Below are positions 34,473 to 46,219 of a stretch of DNA of 64,000 nucleotides, piece after piece (the first letter of the stretch is position 1; every line of letters begins with the position of its first letter). A program made the translations under genes and the position numbers. Source of the stretch: Thecamonas trahens ATCC 50062 (taxonomy: Eukaryota; Protista; Apusomonadida); NCBI RefSeq assembly GCF_000142905.1, contig NW_013657609.1, positions 65,305-129,304 of the forward strand, in the 5' to 3' direction. The notes below the pieces were generated by a model. It was given only the letters and a program-made list of their open reading frames with translations, searched no databases and had not been told where the DNA came from.

Positions 34473-37400
34473 ATGTCCACCGGCACATCATCCTCCACAC
34501 CGTCAACTCCAAGCTCAACCTTTACCATCCTCTACACCACCCACCTCACCCGCAAGCGCAAGGTCTTCCATGACGGCACCCTTGCCGTCCGCCCGGACAC
34601 CTCCAAAGTACGACCTTTTTCATCCCCGAGGCCAACTACGACCTTTTTCCGCCGCCGTCACCACCAACCGGAGCCATTGCCCCCCCCCCCCCTCCCCCCC
34701 CCACCACACACACGACAAGCCTAACCCCTCTCCTCCTCCTCCTCCTCTCGCAGATGACCCTCAAGGACGAACAGGGCAAGGTGCTGGAGACGTTCTTCAT
34801 CCCTACGGGCGTCATTGTCCAGCCGGGCGCCGAGATCCGCATGCAGAAGCACATTGTTCAAGTCGAAGATCTCGTCCGCCCTCACGGCGCGGCTCCTCCG
34901 CCTCCGCTGGCAAAGACAGCCCCAGCGGCGACAGAGTCGGGGAGGGCAAGCCCGGTGCTTTCCGCCCAGCCGCGGCGACGCTCACGCCTCGCTCGCCCAC
35001 GCGCCTCACTCCACGCCGCGGCTCCCGCTCCCGTCGACCACAGTGGTGGGGCCGGCCGACAGAGCCCGGTCTCGGGAGCAGGGCCCGGCTCACCGCCGGG
35101 ATCACCGAGATTGCTGGCGCCTCGGTCGCGGTCGAGGAACGAGCTGCTCTCACTGCTCTCGGGCGTGCCATCGCCGTCGCCAGGCCCTGCCGTTGCGGCT
35201 GTGGCTTCCGCGACAGGTGCGTCGACAACGCCCAGTCCTGCCGATCGACCAGCACCGGCTCCTGATCACACGCTTGCGCGTCCATTCAAGCGCCATCGCC
35301 CGCTGGTGTCGGCCACGGGGCGGGCGGCGAGTGGCGCGAGGAGCGCGCCGGCGGGCGGCGAGTGGATCTCGCGCCGGAAGCGCGCCGCGGTCTCGGCGGC
35401 GTGCAAGCTAACCATCCCGCACGCATCTCAGGTGGGCTGCGGAAGCGGGGGCGGGTCCGGGAGCTCATCGGGCGGGCAGGGGGGCGACGGGGCGGGCTCG
35501 GTGCGGTACACCGAGGTGGCAACCACCTTTAACTTGCCCGCCGACTACATCGCAGCCTTTCAGGCCGCCATCTACGAGGAGATCAACGCACAGCTCGCCC
35601 GCAAGATGGAGGACTACCACGGGCTCTCGAGGCGGATTGGAAGCTACCCACCGGCCATCACGGCCAAGACGGCCCAAGTTTCTGGAGCCGGCAAGGGTGC
35701 GCAGCCAAAGGCGCCACTGTGCGATTGCGCACCGGCGCGCAAGTCGCGCATGCTCGTCGTTCGCAAGGCCGGGCGCAACCAGGGCCGGGCGTTCTTCAAG
35801 TGCGCCGGCTCAAAGTGCGACTTTTTTGCATGGGTCGACGCCCTGCGGCCAGGCGGGGGCAGCTCCGGCGGGTACGATGCGAGCTCCGACGGGAGTGGCC
35901 AAGGGCCGCGTGGAAGCGACGCGTTTGCGGCGGCGCGGACTTGCACGCGCGCCCGCGAGCGAGTCCTTCGCAGCAACGATGTGGCGTTCTACGGCTCAAC
36001 GTCGCTGGTCAAAGAGGCCGGCGTCTCGCTCGGGCGCGCGTTTGTGGCTGGCTCGGCGTACCTTTTGCTCGAGCAGGCCGAGGCTGCGGCGGCGTTCTCC
36101 AAGGGCGATGTGTGGCTCATCTCGCGGTCGGGCGAGTTCCCGCCGGACGGCACCTACTTTGGTGTCTCCACCTTTTACTCGCCGTCGTCCGAGTCGCAGC
36201 TCGAGCTCCGGTTCGAGGGCTCGCAGCCACCGTTTGTTGGCCGCTCGCGGGTCTACGCCATCCGCGGGCCCAACGCTCAATCGCTCTGGTCGATGCTCGA
36301 GGTGCTTGCGCAGCCCAAGTTGCGACACATGCCGATTTTGCCGGCCTTGCTGCAGCCTGCAGAGGCGCCTGCGCCTCCTGCGACGGCGGTATCGCGTGGC
36401 GGCGATAGCCTGTTTGTCCTCAAGCTCGAGCCGAGCGAGATCGCAGCGCTCATGCGCCGTTACGTCGATGAGTACTCACTCAACGCCGGCCAGGTCCAGG
36501 TCTTTGAGGCGGTGTTGGGAATGTTCGAGGCTGAGGATGACGATGGGGTGCGAAGCGCGGCGCTGCCCGGCCGGGCGGCGACAGGCTGTAGCCTGGTCCT
36601 CGTGCACGGAGTCTTTGGCTCGGGCAAGTCGTTTACGCTCTCGGTCCTCATCATGTTTCTGGTGGAGCTCTTCGAGGCCGCACAAGTCTCACGCAAGCTT
36701 CGCATCCTCATCTCGGCGGCGACCAACGTGGCGGTCGACCGTGTGCTGGTGACGCTTCTGGAGCTCGGCTTTGAGTCGTTCTCGCGAGTCGGCTCTGTCC
36801 GCAAAATCGCCAAGCCCATCCTCCCGCACGTGTACCGGCTCAAGGCTGGCGCGTCGGCACGGTCGGACGCCGAATACGAGGCCGATCTCAAGTACATGCT
36901 GAAGACGGCCGAGAGCGGCGCCGAGCGGGCCCTCATTGCCGATGCGCTGGCGCAGTTCAAGTCGGGCGCGTCGTCGCGGGTGGCGGCCAAGCTCAAAACG
37001 GCGCCGGTCTTTGGCACGACCTGCCTGTCGGCGTTCAAGAAGGAGTTTGACGGCACGATGTTCCCGCTCATCTTTCTGGACGAGGCCTCACAGATGCTCG
37101 AGCCGATGTCGCTGCTGCCGCTGTTCCGGGCACAGGGCGCCAAGCTGGTGTTGGTGGGCGATCCGAAGCAGCTGCCGCCGACGCTGACGACCGAGGCCGC
37201 GTCGCCGGCGGCGCCCGGTCTCGGCCGCTCGCTCTTTGATCGGGCAGTTGCTGCCGGCGTCACTCCGGTCATGCTCAACACACAGTACCGATGCCATCCG
37301 ACCATTTCACGGATCTGCAACACTCTGTTCTACGGCTCGAGCCTTGCCGACGGCGTTACCGCTGACGACCGCGCCCGCCTCCACCCTGCACTCCCGACGC

Positions 37401-37915
37401 TCATGTTTGTTGATGTCTTTCGCGGGCGCGACCGGCTAGAGGGCAAGTCGTTCTCCAACAGCGAGGAGGTTGCTGTTGTCCTTGCCACCGTCCGTGATCT
37501 GGTGAGCGAGTTTGGCGTAGCGGCGGCAGACATTGGTGTCATCGCGCTGTACCGCGTCCAGGTCGAGCGGCTGAAGGCGGCGGCCAAGGCCGACGAGGCC
37601 GGTGCGTTCAGCGAGCTCCAGATCTCATCGGTCGACGCCTTCCAGGGTGCCGAGAAGCAGGTCATTGTGCTCTCGACCGTCTCGTCGTCGATGCGCTCAT
37701 TCATCGAGTCGCCCAACAGGCTCAACGTCGCGCTCTCGCGCGCCCGCCACCACCTTATTGTTGTCGGCAATGGCGCCGCCCTCGCCCGCTCTTCGCTGTG
37801 GAACTACGTCCAGCAAGTGGCCATGGACTCTGACGCCGGCTTTGTCCGTGTTGGCGCTGTGGACACCTTTTCGCTGGCCCGTCACCTCAACGTGGCTGCT
37901 ACCGGCGGCGAGTAA
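34473..37915 (+). CDS. ZGRF1: ZGRF1-like 5'-3' DNA helicase (DUF2439 + GRF zinc finger + UPF1-like SF1 helicase); exons 34473-34607 and 34754-37915
   Basis: FTILYT...TRKRKVFHDG.L; C.C..V.K.G.N.GR.FF.C...CDFF.W; LVHGVFGSGKS, SAATNVAVD, LDEASQMLEP, LVGDPKQLPP, QYRCHP, SVDAFQGAEK, RLNVALSRA. Confidence 0.93.
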
Positions 37916-37925
37916 AAGCTGCTCG

Positions 37926-40900
37926 TCAGCGCTGGGTCGCCGGACCAAACGACTCTACGCGCTCAAACGAGCCGCGCCTGCGTCGGCCGGAGCCGCGCGA
38001 TCGCGGCGACGGCGGGCTCTGGCCGGCGACCTCGGTGTTGGCACGTGAGCGGCCGATCAGGTGCGAGCCGGAGCGGTACGTAGCAGCCCGCGGGTTGTCC
38101 GACACCACACGGGTACGCGAGGCGAAGCGGCGGCCGGGCGACGACGACCCAACCGAGACGTCGCGTGTGGGCGACGAGGCGACGAGCGGCGACTGGCGGG
38201 CACCGAGGCGGATGCGTCGCCGCCGCGCGAGGCGCCGCCGCTCGAGGCCGGTGCCCGACGGGTCCGAGTCGGCCTCACACGCCGAGTCAAGCGAGGTGTT
38301 GAGCGAGGTGTCAAACTCGGAGACCGTGACTGAGCGGTTGAGCTCGAGCTTGCGGCGGGTTGGGCCGGAGTGGCGGTCGCGGAGCTCACGCGACGATGAG
38401 CCGCGGGCGAGCGGTGGCGACGACGGCGGTTCGACGGCGGCGGGAGGTGGCTCCGCCGGCTCGGTCGGGGTGAGTCGCGGCGGGAGGTATCGAGTTGTCG
38501 GCGAGACTCGCGAGCTGCGGCGGAAGAGCCGCGGCGACGGGGCTGAGCTGTTGAGTGCCTCGGCGTCCGACGACGAGAGCTCAATCTCGGAGAGATCGCC
38601 GAGCGAGGTGGATATGGCCGAGGCGGAGCGGTCGCGCGGGATGAACCGGGTCTTGGGCGAAGAGAGGACCGATAGCCGCGGGTTGCGCGGGGCGGCGAGA
38701 GAGTCGCGCATGGGTGGGGCATGTCCGGGCGACGACCGGGAGAGCTCGGTGGACGAGCCACCCGAGGTGGACGCGGCGAGGTTGGTCTCGATGCGCAAGC
38801 GGCTAGTGTCCAGAGGCACTGGCGGTTTGGCTGCGGCCTGGCGGTGGAGAGCCTTGCGGTTGCGAGTCGAAGCGGCGAGGAGGTTGCGCGGCGACAACTT
38901 GCCGCGGGCCGAAGTGGAGATGGGCGAGGTGGGCGTCTGTGGCGAGGGGGGCTCGGATGTGAGGGCAGCGCTCTCGCCTGAGAGCGAGAGGCGCGAGGAG
39001 CGGTCATCGGACTTTTGCAAGAGCTCGATGCCTTCGTTCGAGGGGGCACCGGCGTCGGACGCTTCTGCGGTGGCTGCGGACTCTTCCGATGCGGTTAGCG
39101 GATAGTGCGGCGGGAGGACGGCGGGCGAGGAGATGGCGCCGGCGGCCTCGAGGCGGGCGCGCATCTTGCGGGCGAGCCGGCGGGCGGAAGCGTCGAGTTG
39201 AATGGCGGACGACTGGCGGGTGAGGTCGTGACCGGCGATCCGCTCCTCCTTTTGGGCGACGATGGAGAGGAAGAACGACTTGAGGGTAATGCGCTTTGTC
39301 TTGCGCTGGTAGCACAAGTAGATGATGCCGCCGAGGACGAGGGCGAGGGCGGCAAAGACAAAGGCCGAGAAGATGAGAGCAGAGACGGCGGAGCGGGCAG
39401 TCTGGGAGAGCGAGCCCGAGATGCGGTTGAGGACGATGAGAGTGAGTGAGACAAGGGTGAACACAACTTCCATGGCGTTCTTCCACGGCGAGGCAAACGG
39501 GCGTGAAACGATGACAGCGAGAAAGTAGACGGCGAGGGTGGTGAGCGAGGCGCCCAACTGGATGTTCGACAGGTGCATGAGAATCGAGTCGCATATCGCG
39601 AGGCTGGCGTAAGTTCCAAACTGGAGAAACTCGAACCAGTACGCGCCCTCCTTGAACTGCTCGTACCAGTAACCGTAGCGCGAGCGGAAGACCGGGTCGG
39701 ACCACAGTCGGGCGGTGTTGCGCCGGACGCTGAAGAAGCCGATGAGCGGGTAACCGATGACGTAGGATAAGATCAGAGCGTACGAGACGATGGCGACGAG
39801 CAGGTGACTGCCTTGGTAGCAGACAGTAGACGGCTCGGCAACGAGGCGGAGTTTGTCGTCGCGACCGGGCAGACAGTAGCCGCCGCGGAGGACGTAGGTT
39901 GCGAGCGAGAGGTACATCATGGCGAGGAGGATGACAACGGTCCGGGTGAGGCGGTTGCGGTAGAAGCGGTGCGAGCCGGTGACGATTTTGGCAAAGGCAA
40001 TGATGATGACGGCGGCGGCAATGGCAGAGGCGAGGAGGGCGGCGTTGGCCCAGAAGAGAACCGGAAAGACCGAGGAGACGATGCAGCCCGGGCGGATGAA
40101 TTCGGCGTCCATGGTGACGAGGGCAAAGACGGCGTAGACGGAGCGGAGCTCGGGCGAGAGGTGCTCTGTGTTCATCTTGGCGACGCCGCGGATCATCTGG
40201 ACAGTGATGACGGCGCGCGAGATGGTGGAGAGGGTGCGGTCCTTGACAAAGACGGCGGCAACAATAAAGGCGCCATAAAAGACCGAGTTGGCGAGGATGA
40301 GGCCGGCAAAGATGCCGTCTGCGTTTGCGCCACACGAGACGCACTCTGTTCCGCGCAGAAAGTAGCCCTCTGCGCACTCGGCGCAGTAGTCACCCGTGTA
40401 GCCGCGGCCGCAAGCTGCGTTCTGCCCACCAAGACAGCGTGCGAGCGCCGGCTCTGGGCAGGGTTCGACCCAGCCGACGCGCTCGTTGGGCGTCCAGTAG
40501 CCGGGCAGCGGCCACATGCGGAAGCCGCCGGGACAGTACGCACCCTCGGGACAGGAGCGGCAGGCGATGCCGCGGCCAAACGAGCCAGGCTGCGGACAGT
40601 CGTCGGTAAAGTACATGGTGCGGGCGAGGATCGACGATGCCGAGCGAATGTTGGTCACGTTGAGGGTCTGGTATCCCTCTGCGGCGTACGAGGGCGTGAC
40701 GATGGCGAGAGTCGAAGAGTTGTAGTAGGTGAGGCGTGAGTCGGAGAAAGCGTAGTGCTCGCTGCCGAGGCGGACGGAGCAGCCGGGTTGAAAGTCTGAC
40801 CCGAAGAGGGTGAGCGAGCAGCCGACGAGAGGGCAGATGGCGGGAGAGACGGCAAGTAGGCGCGGGTCTGAGAACTCGCCGGGCTCAGCACCAGAGCCTG

Positions 40901-42762
40901 TGCCCCACGAGCCGGTAAAGTCGGCAAAGACCAGCGAGGGGTCGGGCGGGAAGGAAGTGCCGTTTGCGGCAAGGAAGGAAGTGCCGATGACACGGACGGC
41001 GAGTGCGTCTAGGGGTGGACCGACAAACGAGGACGAAGCTCCTGTTGAGACGATGGAGATGCGGAGGGTCATGTAGCTGCCGGGATCGAGCCAGACAGCG
41101 ATGTAGTCGCCGTCTGGCGGAGTGAGCGGCGGGTCAAAGGCGAGGAGGGCGTCGACAGCGGGGCGCGAGGCGATGGTCGAGCCAAAGCCTGCGCCGTTGG
41201 ACGGGTACGAAAAGAAGAGGTCGACGGTGTCGCCGGCCGAGATGATGACGTCCTTGTCGTTGTCGTCGACGACGTGGCCGGCGACAATGACGGGTGGACG
41301 AATGGGGATCTCGCAGGTGGGGCCCTGCCAGCGCGGGGCACAGGCGCATGCCGGGAGGACGGCGTTGGTGAGGGGGCAGGTGCGAAAGGCGTAGAAACCC
41401 CCACGTGTGCCGATGGAGGCGGCGCCCATAACGATGGTGTCGCCACCGGCCGAGAGCTCATCAATGTACATCATGGCAGCGGAGGAGTGGGCGAGGAGAG
41501 GCGGGTTGCCCGGGGCGGCGACTGAGGCTGTGGGTGAAAAGATGCCCGGGGAGAGCTCGGAGAAGACTTCGAGGTGGGATGTGGCCGAGCCAGTGGTGAC
41601 AGCGGAGAGCATGCCGGAGGCGTCCTTGAACAAGTCGAGGGCAAAGCCGAAGCGGAACGGGTCGCCTGTGCCCGGGTTGGGTTAACCGCCTCACCGACAA
41701 CGTTCCAAGAGCCGATGCCATCGTAGCGGAGAAAGACGATCTCGCCCTTGGCGTTGGAGAGTGTACCCGACTCAAAGGTATTGGCAACGGCGAGGGTGTC
41801 GTCCATGGCGGCGATGCCGGCAAACTTTGACGACGAGCCGGCGAGGCTGAGCTCTGCGGGGGTGAGGATGCGGTGCTCAACGTAGGAGATGCCGTCTGCG
41901 GCGTGGAAGATGGTGAGGATGTTGTGAGCAGAGTTGGTGATGGAAGAGCCGACATTATGGAGGGTGAAGAGCCAGTCCCCGGCAGCAGCCATGGCGTAGC
42001 CAAACGAGACCGGCTCGGTGTTTGGCCGACGTAGTTTGGCGCGAGGGTGTTGACGTGACCCCAGGCATCGGGACCACCTTGGTTGCGGGCAAAGACATCG
42101 ATGGCGCCATAGGCTATCCTGGGCGGAGCCGGCGTACCGTCGTTTGTCAGAGGGATCTGAAAGAAGACGACGTCGCCATCGTGACGGATGCGAACCTTGG
42201 AGCCGATGATCTTGAGGCCGGTAGCAGACGTTGCGGTGAGGGTAGTGAGAAGACCCCAAGCATCAGTACCACCGACATGTCGACCAAAGACAAGAACTTG
42301 ATCATTCGAAGGAGGAGCGAGGAGCTTATGAGCGTAAAAGGTAGCGACAGCGAGGACGTTGCCATTTTCAGCGAGAGAGACAGAAGCACCAAAGTTACAA
42401 TCAGCAGCGATGGCAGCACCTGCCGAGGGATGCCAGAGCATTTTGTGGAGGGCAAAGGAAGAATTTTCTTGACGATAATAAATGCGAACCACACCCGTTT
42501 GCATGCTCCCCAGCTCTGTTCCAGGACCACCCACGACGACCACATGACCATCACCAGAGACATCCGTAGAAATACCGAACCGATCTTGGTCAGCATTGGT
42601 ATGCCCTTGCGTATCATACAACCAGCTAGGATTGATCACATCAGGCGTGTCTGTGGGGAACTCCTCCGTCACCAACTCCACCGCACCTCCACCGAGAGGA
42701 ACAGCGACAAGGAGAAGGAGGAGGGTGACCAAGGTGAGGTGGGGGATGGGTATGGAAGACAT
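37926..42762 (-). CDS. Giant cell-surface protein: signal peptide, FG-GAP-like repeats, EGF, IPT/TIG-like domain, Cys-rich region, multi-pass TM, long Ser/Arg tail; apparent frameshifts at ~42022 and ~41678
   Basis: Signal peptide LTLVTLLLLLVAVP; RFGISTDVSGDG..VVVG, FGASVSL; CACAPRWQGPTCE; CPEGAYCPGG..WP.PGYW; CGRGYTGDYCAECAEGYF; RYGYWYEQFK..YWFE. Confidence 0.8.
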
Positions 42763-43033
42763 ATATGTGTGTGGTGTGTGTGTGTGTGTGTGTGTGTGCG
42801 GAGTGTGTGTGAGGGGTGGGGTTGTGGGATATGTGTGTGTGTGGGGGGGTGTAGGGGTATCTGTGTGGGTATGTGTGGTGGTGGTGGTGTGTGTGGTGGT
42901 GGTGGTGGGAGGGGGGGTGAGTGTAGTGTGTTGNNNNNNNNNNNNNNNNNNNNNNNNNNNNNNNNNNNNNNNNNNNNNNNNNNNNNNNNNNNNNNNNNNN
43001 NNNNNNNNNNNNNNNNNNNNNNNNNNNNNNNNN

Positions 43034-44441
43034 GGTAGTCGCGTGGGACGCACTTGCCGTGGCGGTTGTAGCCGGTGGGGCGGGCGTGGGTGAGGAGGCG
43101 GCCGAGGATAGGGACCTTGAAGATGAGAAAGTGGACGGAGAGGAGGCCGTAGAGGGTTTTGGTCCAGTAGATGGTCGACTTGAGGCGCCAGTTGGAAGAG
43201 AGACCCTCTGCGGCGATCGAGGTGCGGCGGTCGTGGTCGTCGAGGGCGGCCCAGACGATGACGGAGAAGCAGACGAGAAAGACGAAGGCATCGAGGATGA
43301 CAAAGGCGCGCAAGCGGCCGCCGCGGCCAGCGTACCTTGGCTTGCCGCAGCACGAGCCGACGATGCGGCCTGGGCTGTGCGGATCGACGGCCGAGGCGTC
43401 GCCGGAGCGTGAGCCGTCATCGGACGACGGCGTGCCGTGGCGGGCGTGGAAGGCATAGACTTCGTCGGGCGAGAGGATGCCGTTGCCGTCGACGTCGTAC
43501 TGGGCATGGGCCGAGGAGAGGACCTCCAGCGAGGTCCCGCCCTTCTTCTCGGACCGCGGGAGGAGGGCGGCGGCGAGCCAGACCATGACGACTTGCAAGA
43601 GAAAGAAGCCGGCCTCCCACAGCGGGAGGGTGGGCCCGGTCTTGGCGCACTCGTTGACGGCTGGAGAGTCTGGGCCGGTGGTGCAGAGGTAGTAGAGGAC
43701 GGCACCGTAGCAGGCCGGGAACAGGCCACCGGTGATAAACTGGACGCCCTTGAAGGAGAGGATAAAGTCGACGAGCTGGAACTCGTCCGAGTGGTCGATG
43801 GCGAGGAGGACGGCAAGATAGAAGGCCTGCGGGACGCCAAAGAGTGGAAATACAGAGGCGAGGGTGAGGAGGAGGAAGAGCGGGTTGCGGAGACGGCGCC
43901 AGAGCGATCGATCATAGGGTCGGAGTGTGTAGAGAAACCCAGCACGGAGCCAAGCGAGCGGACCCGGCCAACCACAGCACGGCGGAGGACGACCATGATC
44001 AACAGGCACCTTTGCCACGGCCATCTTGTCCAGGACAGCGCCCATGACCTCGATCTTGACGTCTGGCCAGATGTCATCAATGGTGGCATCGACAGCTCTC
44101 TGCACAGCAGCAGGCATGTACGGATCCTTGGCCCGGGCCTTGACGGCTTCCCCCGCAGCATCCAGAGCTCTAGAGACACGTGCCTCCAGCAGGAGTGCCA
44201 CACGAGTCTTGATCCGAGCCAGAGCGTTGGCACGGAGCGCATGGACTTCATCCGACAGATCCGACAGCGAGTTGATGACTTCGTCCGGGAGTGAGCGGAC
44301 GACCCGACGGCGGACGTTGCCCAAGAGACCGAGGGCTTTGCGGACATGAGGTGTGTGATGGGAGGAGGAGGAGGAGGAGGGGGAGGAGGAGGAGGAGGAG
44401 GAGGACGTGGTGGCGTGGGTCGTGCCCATGCCAAAGGGCAT
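43034..44441 (-). CDS. Multi-pass membrane protein with one EF-hand; 3' end lost in gap
   Basis: About 6 hydrophobic segments; EF-hand loop DVDGNGILSPDE; DEFQLVDFILSFKG, LLTHARPTGYNRHGKCVP. Confidence 0.75.
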
Positions 44442-44698
44442 GATGATGGGAAGAGGGGTGGTGGTGGGAGAGGGAGGCGGGCGGGCGGGGGGAGGGACGG
44501 GGGGGGGGGAGTCGGGTGTATTAGGTGGGTGGATGTGGGTGTAAGGGGTGGGGGGAGGTGGTGGGCGGGCTGATGGTGGGCAGTGGTGGTGGGTAGGTAG
44601 GTAGACTGCGTGCGGGCGGACAGACTGTAGGTAGACTGCGTGCGGGCGGGCAGACTGCGGGCGGGCGGGCAGACTGCGTGCGGGCGCGGGTAGACGGG

Positions 44699-45301
44699 TC
44701 AGGCCGAAGACTCGAGGGCGCGGAGAGTGGCATCCCACGAGACAAACTTGAGCGAGAGCAGCCGCATGACCTCGTTGTACTCTTGAAGCGTAGCCTGGGT
44801 CGCCGAGTCCAGCCCGGAGGCCTGCAGGGAGGCATCTAGATGAAGCTCCTCCAGCCGAGCGAGCTCTGGAGCATGACGCGGGAGATCGGCAATGTGCACC
44901 GAGTCCAGCACATGCTTGCTGCCAGCCAGCTCGTCCAAAGCCGACGAGAGCGAGTTGATGAACGGCTCTGCAGCCTCCACAAGGGCGATCTTTGTCTCTG
45001 TCGCCAGCAGCCTTGCCGCCGGTGAGATTTTGAGCTTGTCCGGAGCACCTGGAGGACGATAGGCCGGAGCGAGAAGACCAGCAGCCTCAGCTGCTTCCGA
45101 CTTGGCCACCACCTCTGCCAGCACCTCATGACCCACTCCCGCCACCATGTCGTCCACCTCGGCCGTCATCGATGCCACAGCATTGGTCAACGTATCCAGC
45201 ATCGACGGAATGATACGGCCTTGTCCGTCGCGCGACTGGCCGCCCACCCGCGTCTCCAGCGCTGCGAGTCGGTCCACAACCTCACGGCTACTCTCCTGCA
45301 T
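44699..45301 (-). CDS. DCTN3: Dynactin subunit 3 (p22/p24)-like
   Basis: RLAALETRV.G, HVLDS.HI..LP.H...L.RL..LH, LQEYN..M.LLS.KFV.WD..L..LE; CCACCATG start context. Confidence 0.8.
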   Translation of the reverse strand: MQESSREVVDRLAALETRVGGQSRDGQGRIIPSMLDTLTNAVASMTAEVDDMVAGVGHEVLAEVVAKSEAAEAAGLLAPAYRPPGAPDKLKISPAARLLATETKIALVEAAEPFINSLSSALDELAGSKHVLDSVHIADLPRHAPELARLEELHLDASLQASGLDSATQATLQEYNEVMRLLSLKFVSWDATLRALESSA

Positions 45302-45507
45302 GGTGGTATACGTGTGTGTGTGTGTGTGAGGGGGGGGGGGTGGGAGTGGTGTGTGTGTGTGTGTATGGGGGGGTGTCAGGCAGGCGGGCGGACTGGCGCG
45401 ACTTGGGGGTTTGGAGGCTGATCAGAATGTGATCAGAGTGCGATAGGCGATAGGCATGGTACGGAGGGATCGGGGTTGGGGTTGGGGTTGGGGTTGATGT
45501 TGTGTGT

Positions 45508-45556
<49 letters not shown>

Positions 45557-46219
45557 GTGTGTAGGAGGTGGTGGTGGTGGTCAGGCAGGCGGGCGGGCAG
45601 GGCAGGTGGGCGGACAGATAGGGAGGCAAGCAAGGTGAGCTGGCTCGGGTGAGGGTTCTGATCAGAGTAGGGAGCGTGGACGATGGACCTGTTCATCAGA
45701 TCAGTTTGGGCCACATGTACGTAACAGTCTCGGAGGCCTGCCTATGTGGCTCGGGCCAAGCCTAGTCGGATTCCAAGTCCTTTTGCGCCACAAGCAGCTG
45801 TCTGGTACCGCCTGGCGCCACTATGTAGCTGGGGCAAGATGGAGAGGCTCATCGTCCAGCCCCCCCCCCCCCCCCCCCCCCCCCCCTCCCGCGCGCTTCA
45901 CCTACACCTTCAAGAACGACCAACCTTGCCCGATTTCTAGGCGTGATTATTCCTGAAGGTTCCCGAGTGCCCGATTTGGAAAAAATAAACCCGACCCCCC
46001 CCCTTCCCGAGACGAAGCTACCTGCCACAATCAATGACATCATGATCATACCACGATCAAGCTCGTCAAGCTTGGCAAGTTCGTCAAGTTCGTGAAGGCG
46101 ATCAAGTCGGGCCGAGTGATCGAGAGCGAGAGCAAGAGCGAGAGCGAGAGAAGACGGACAGACTCGACTCGATTGTTTTCTGAAACGATTGATTGATTGA
46201 CCGTTGGACTGCATTGATC

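Noticed and set aside
45740-45860. tRNA-like ggattccaagtcc loop
   Set aside because: No T-arm GTTCRA or acceptor stem
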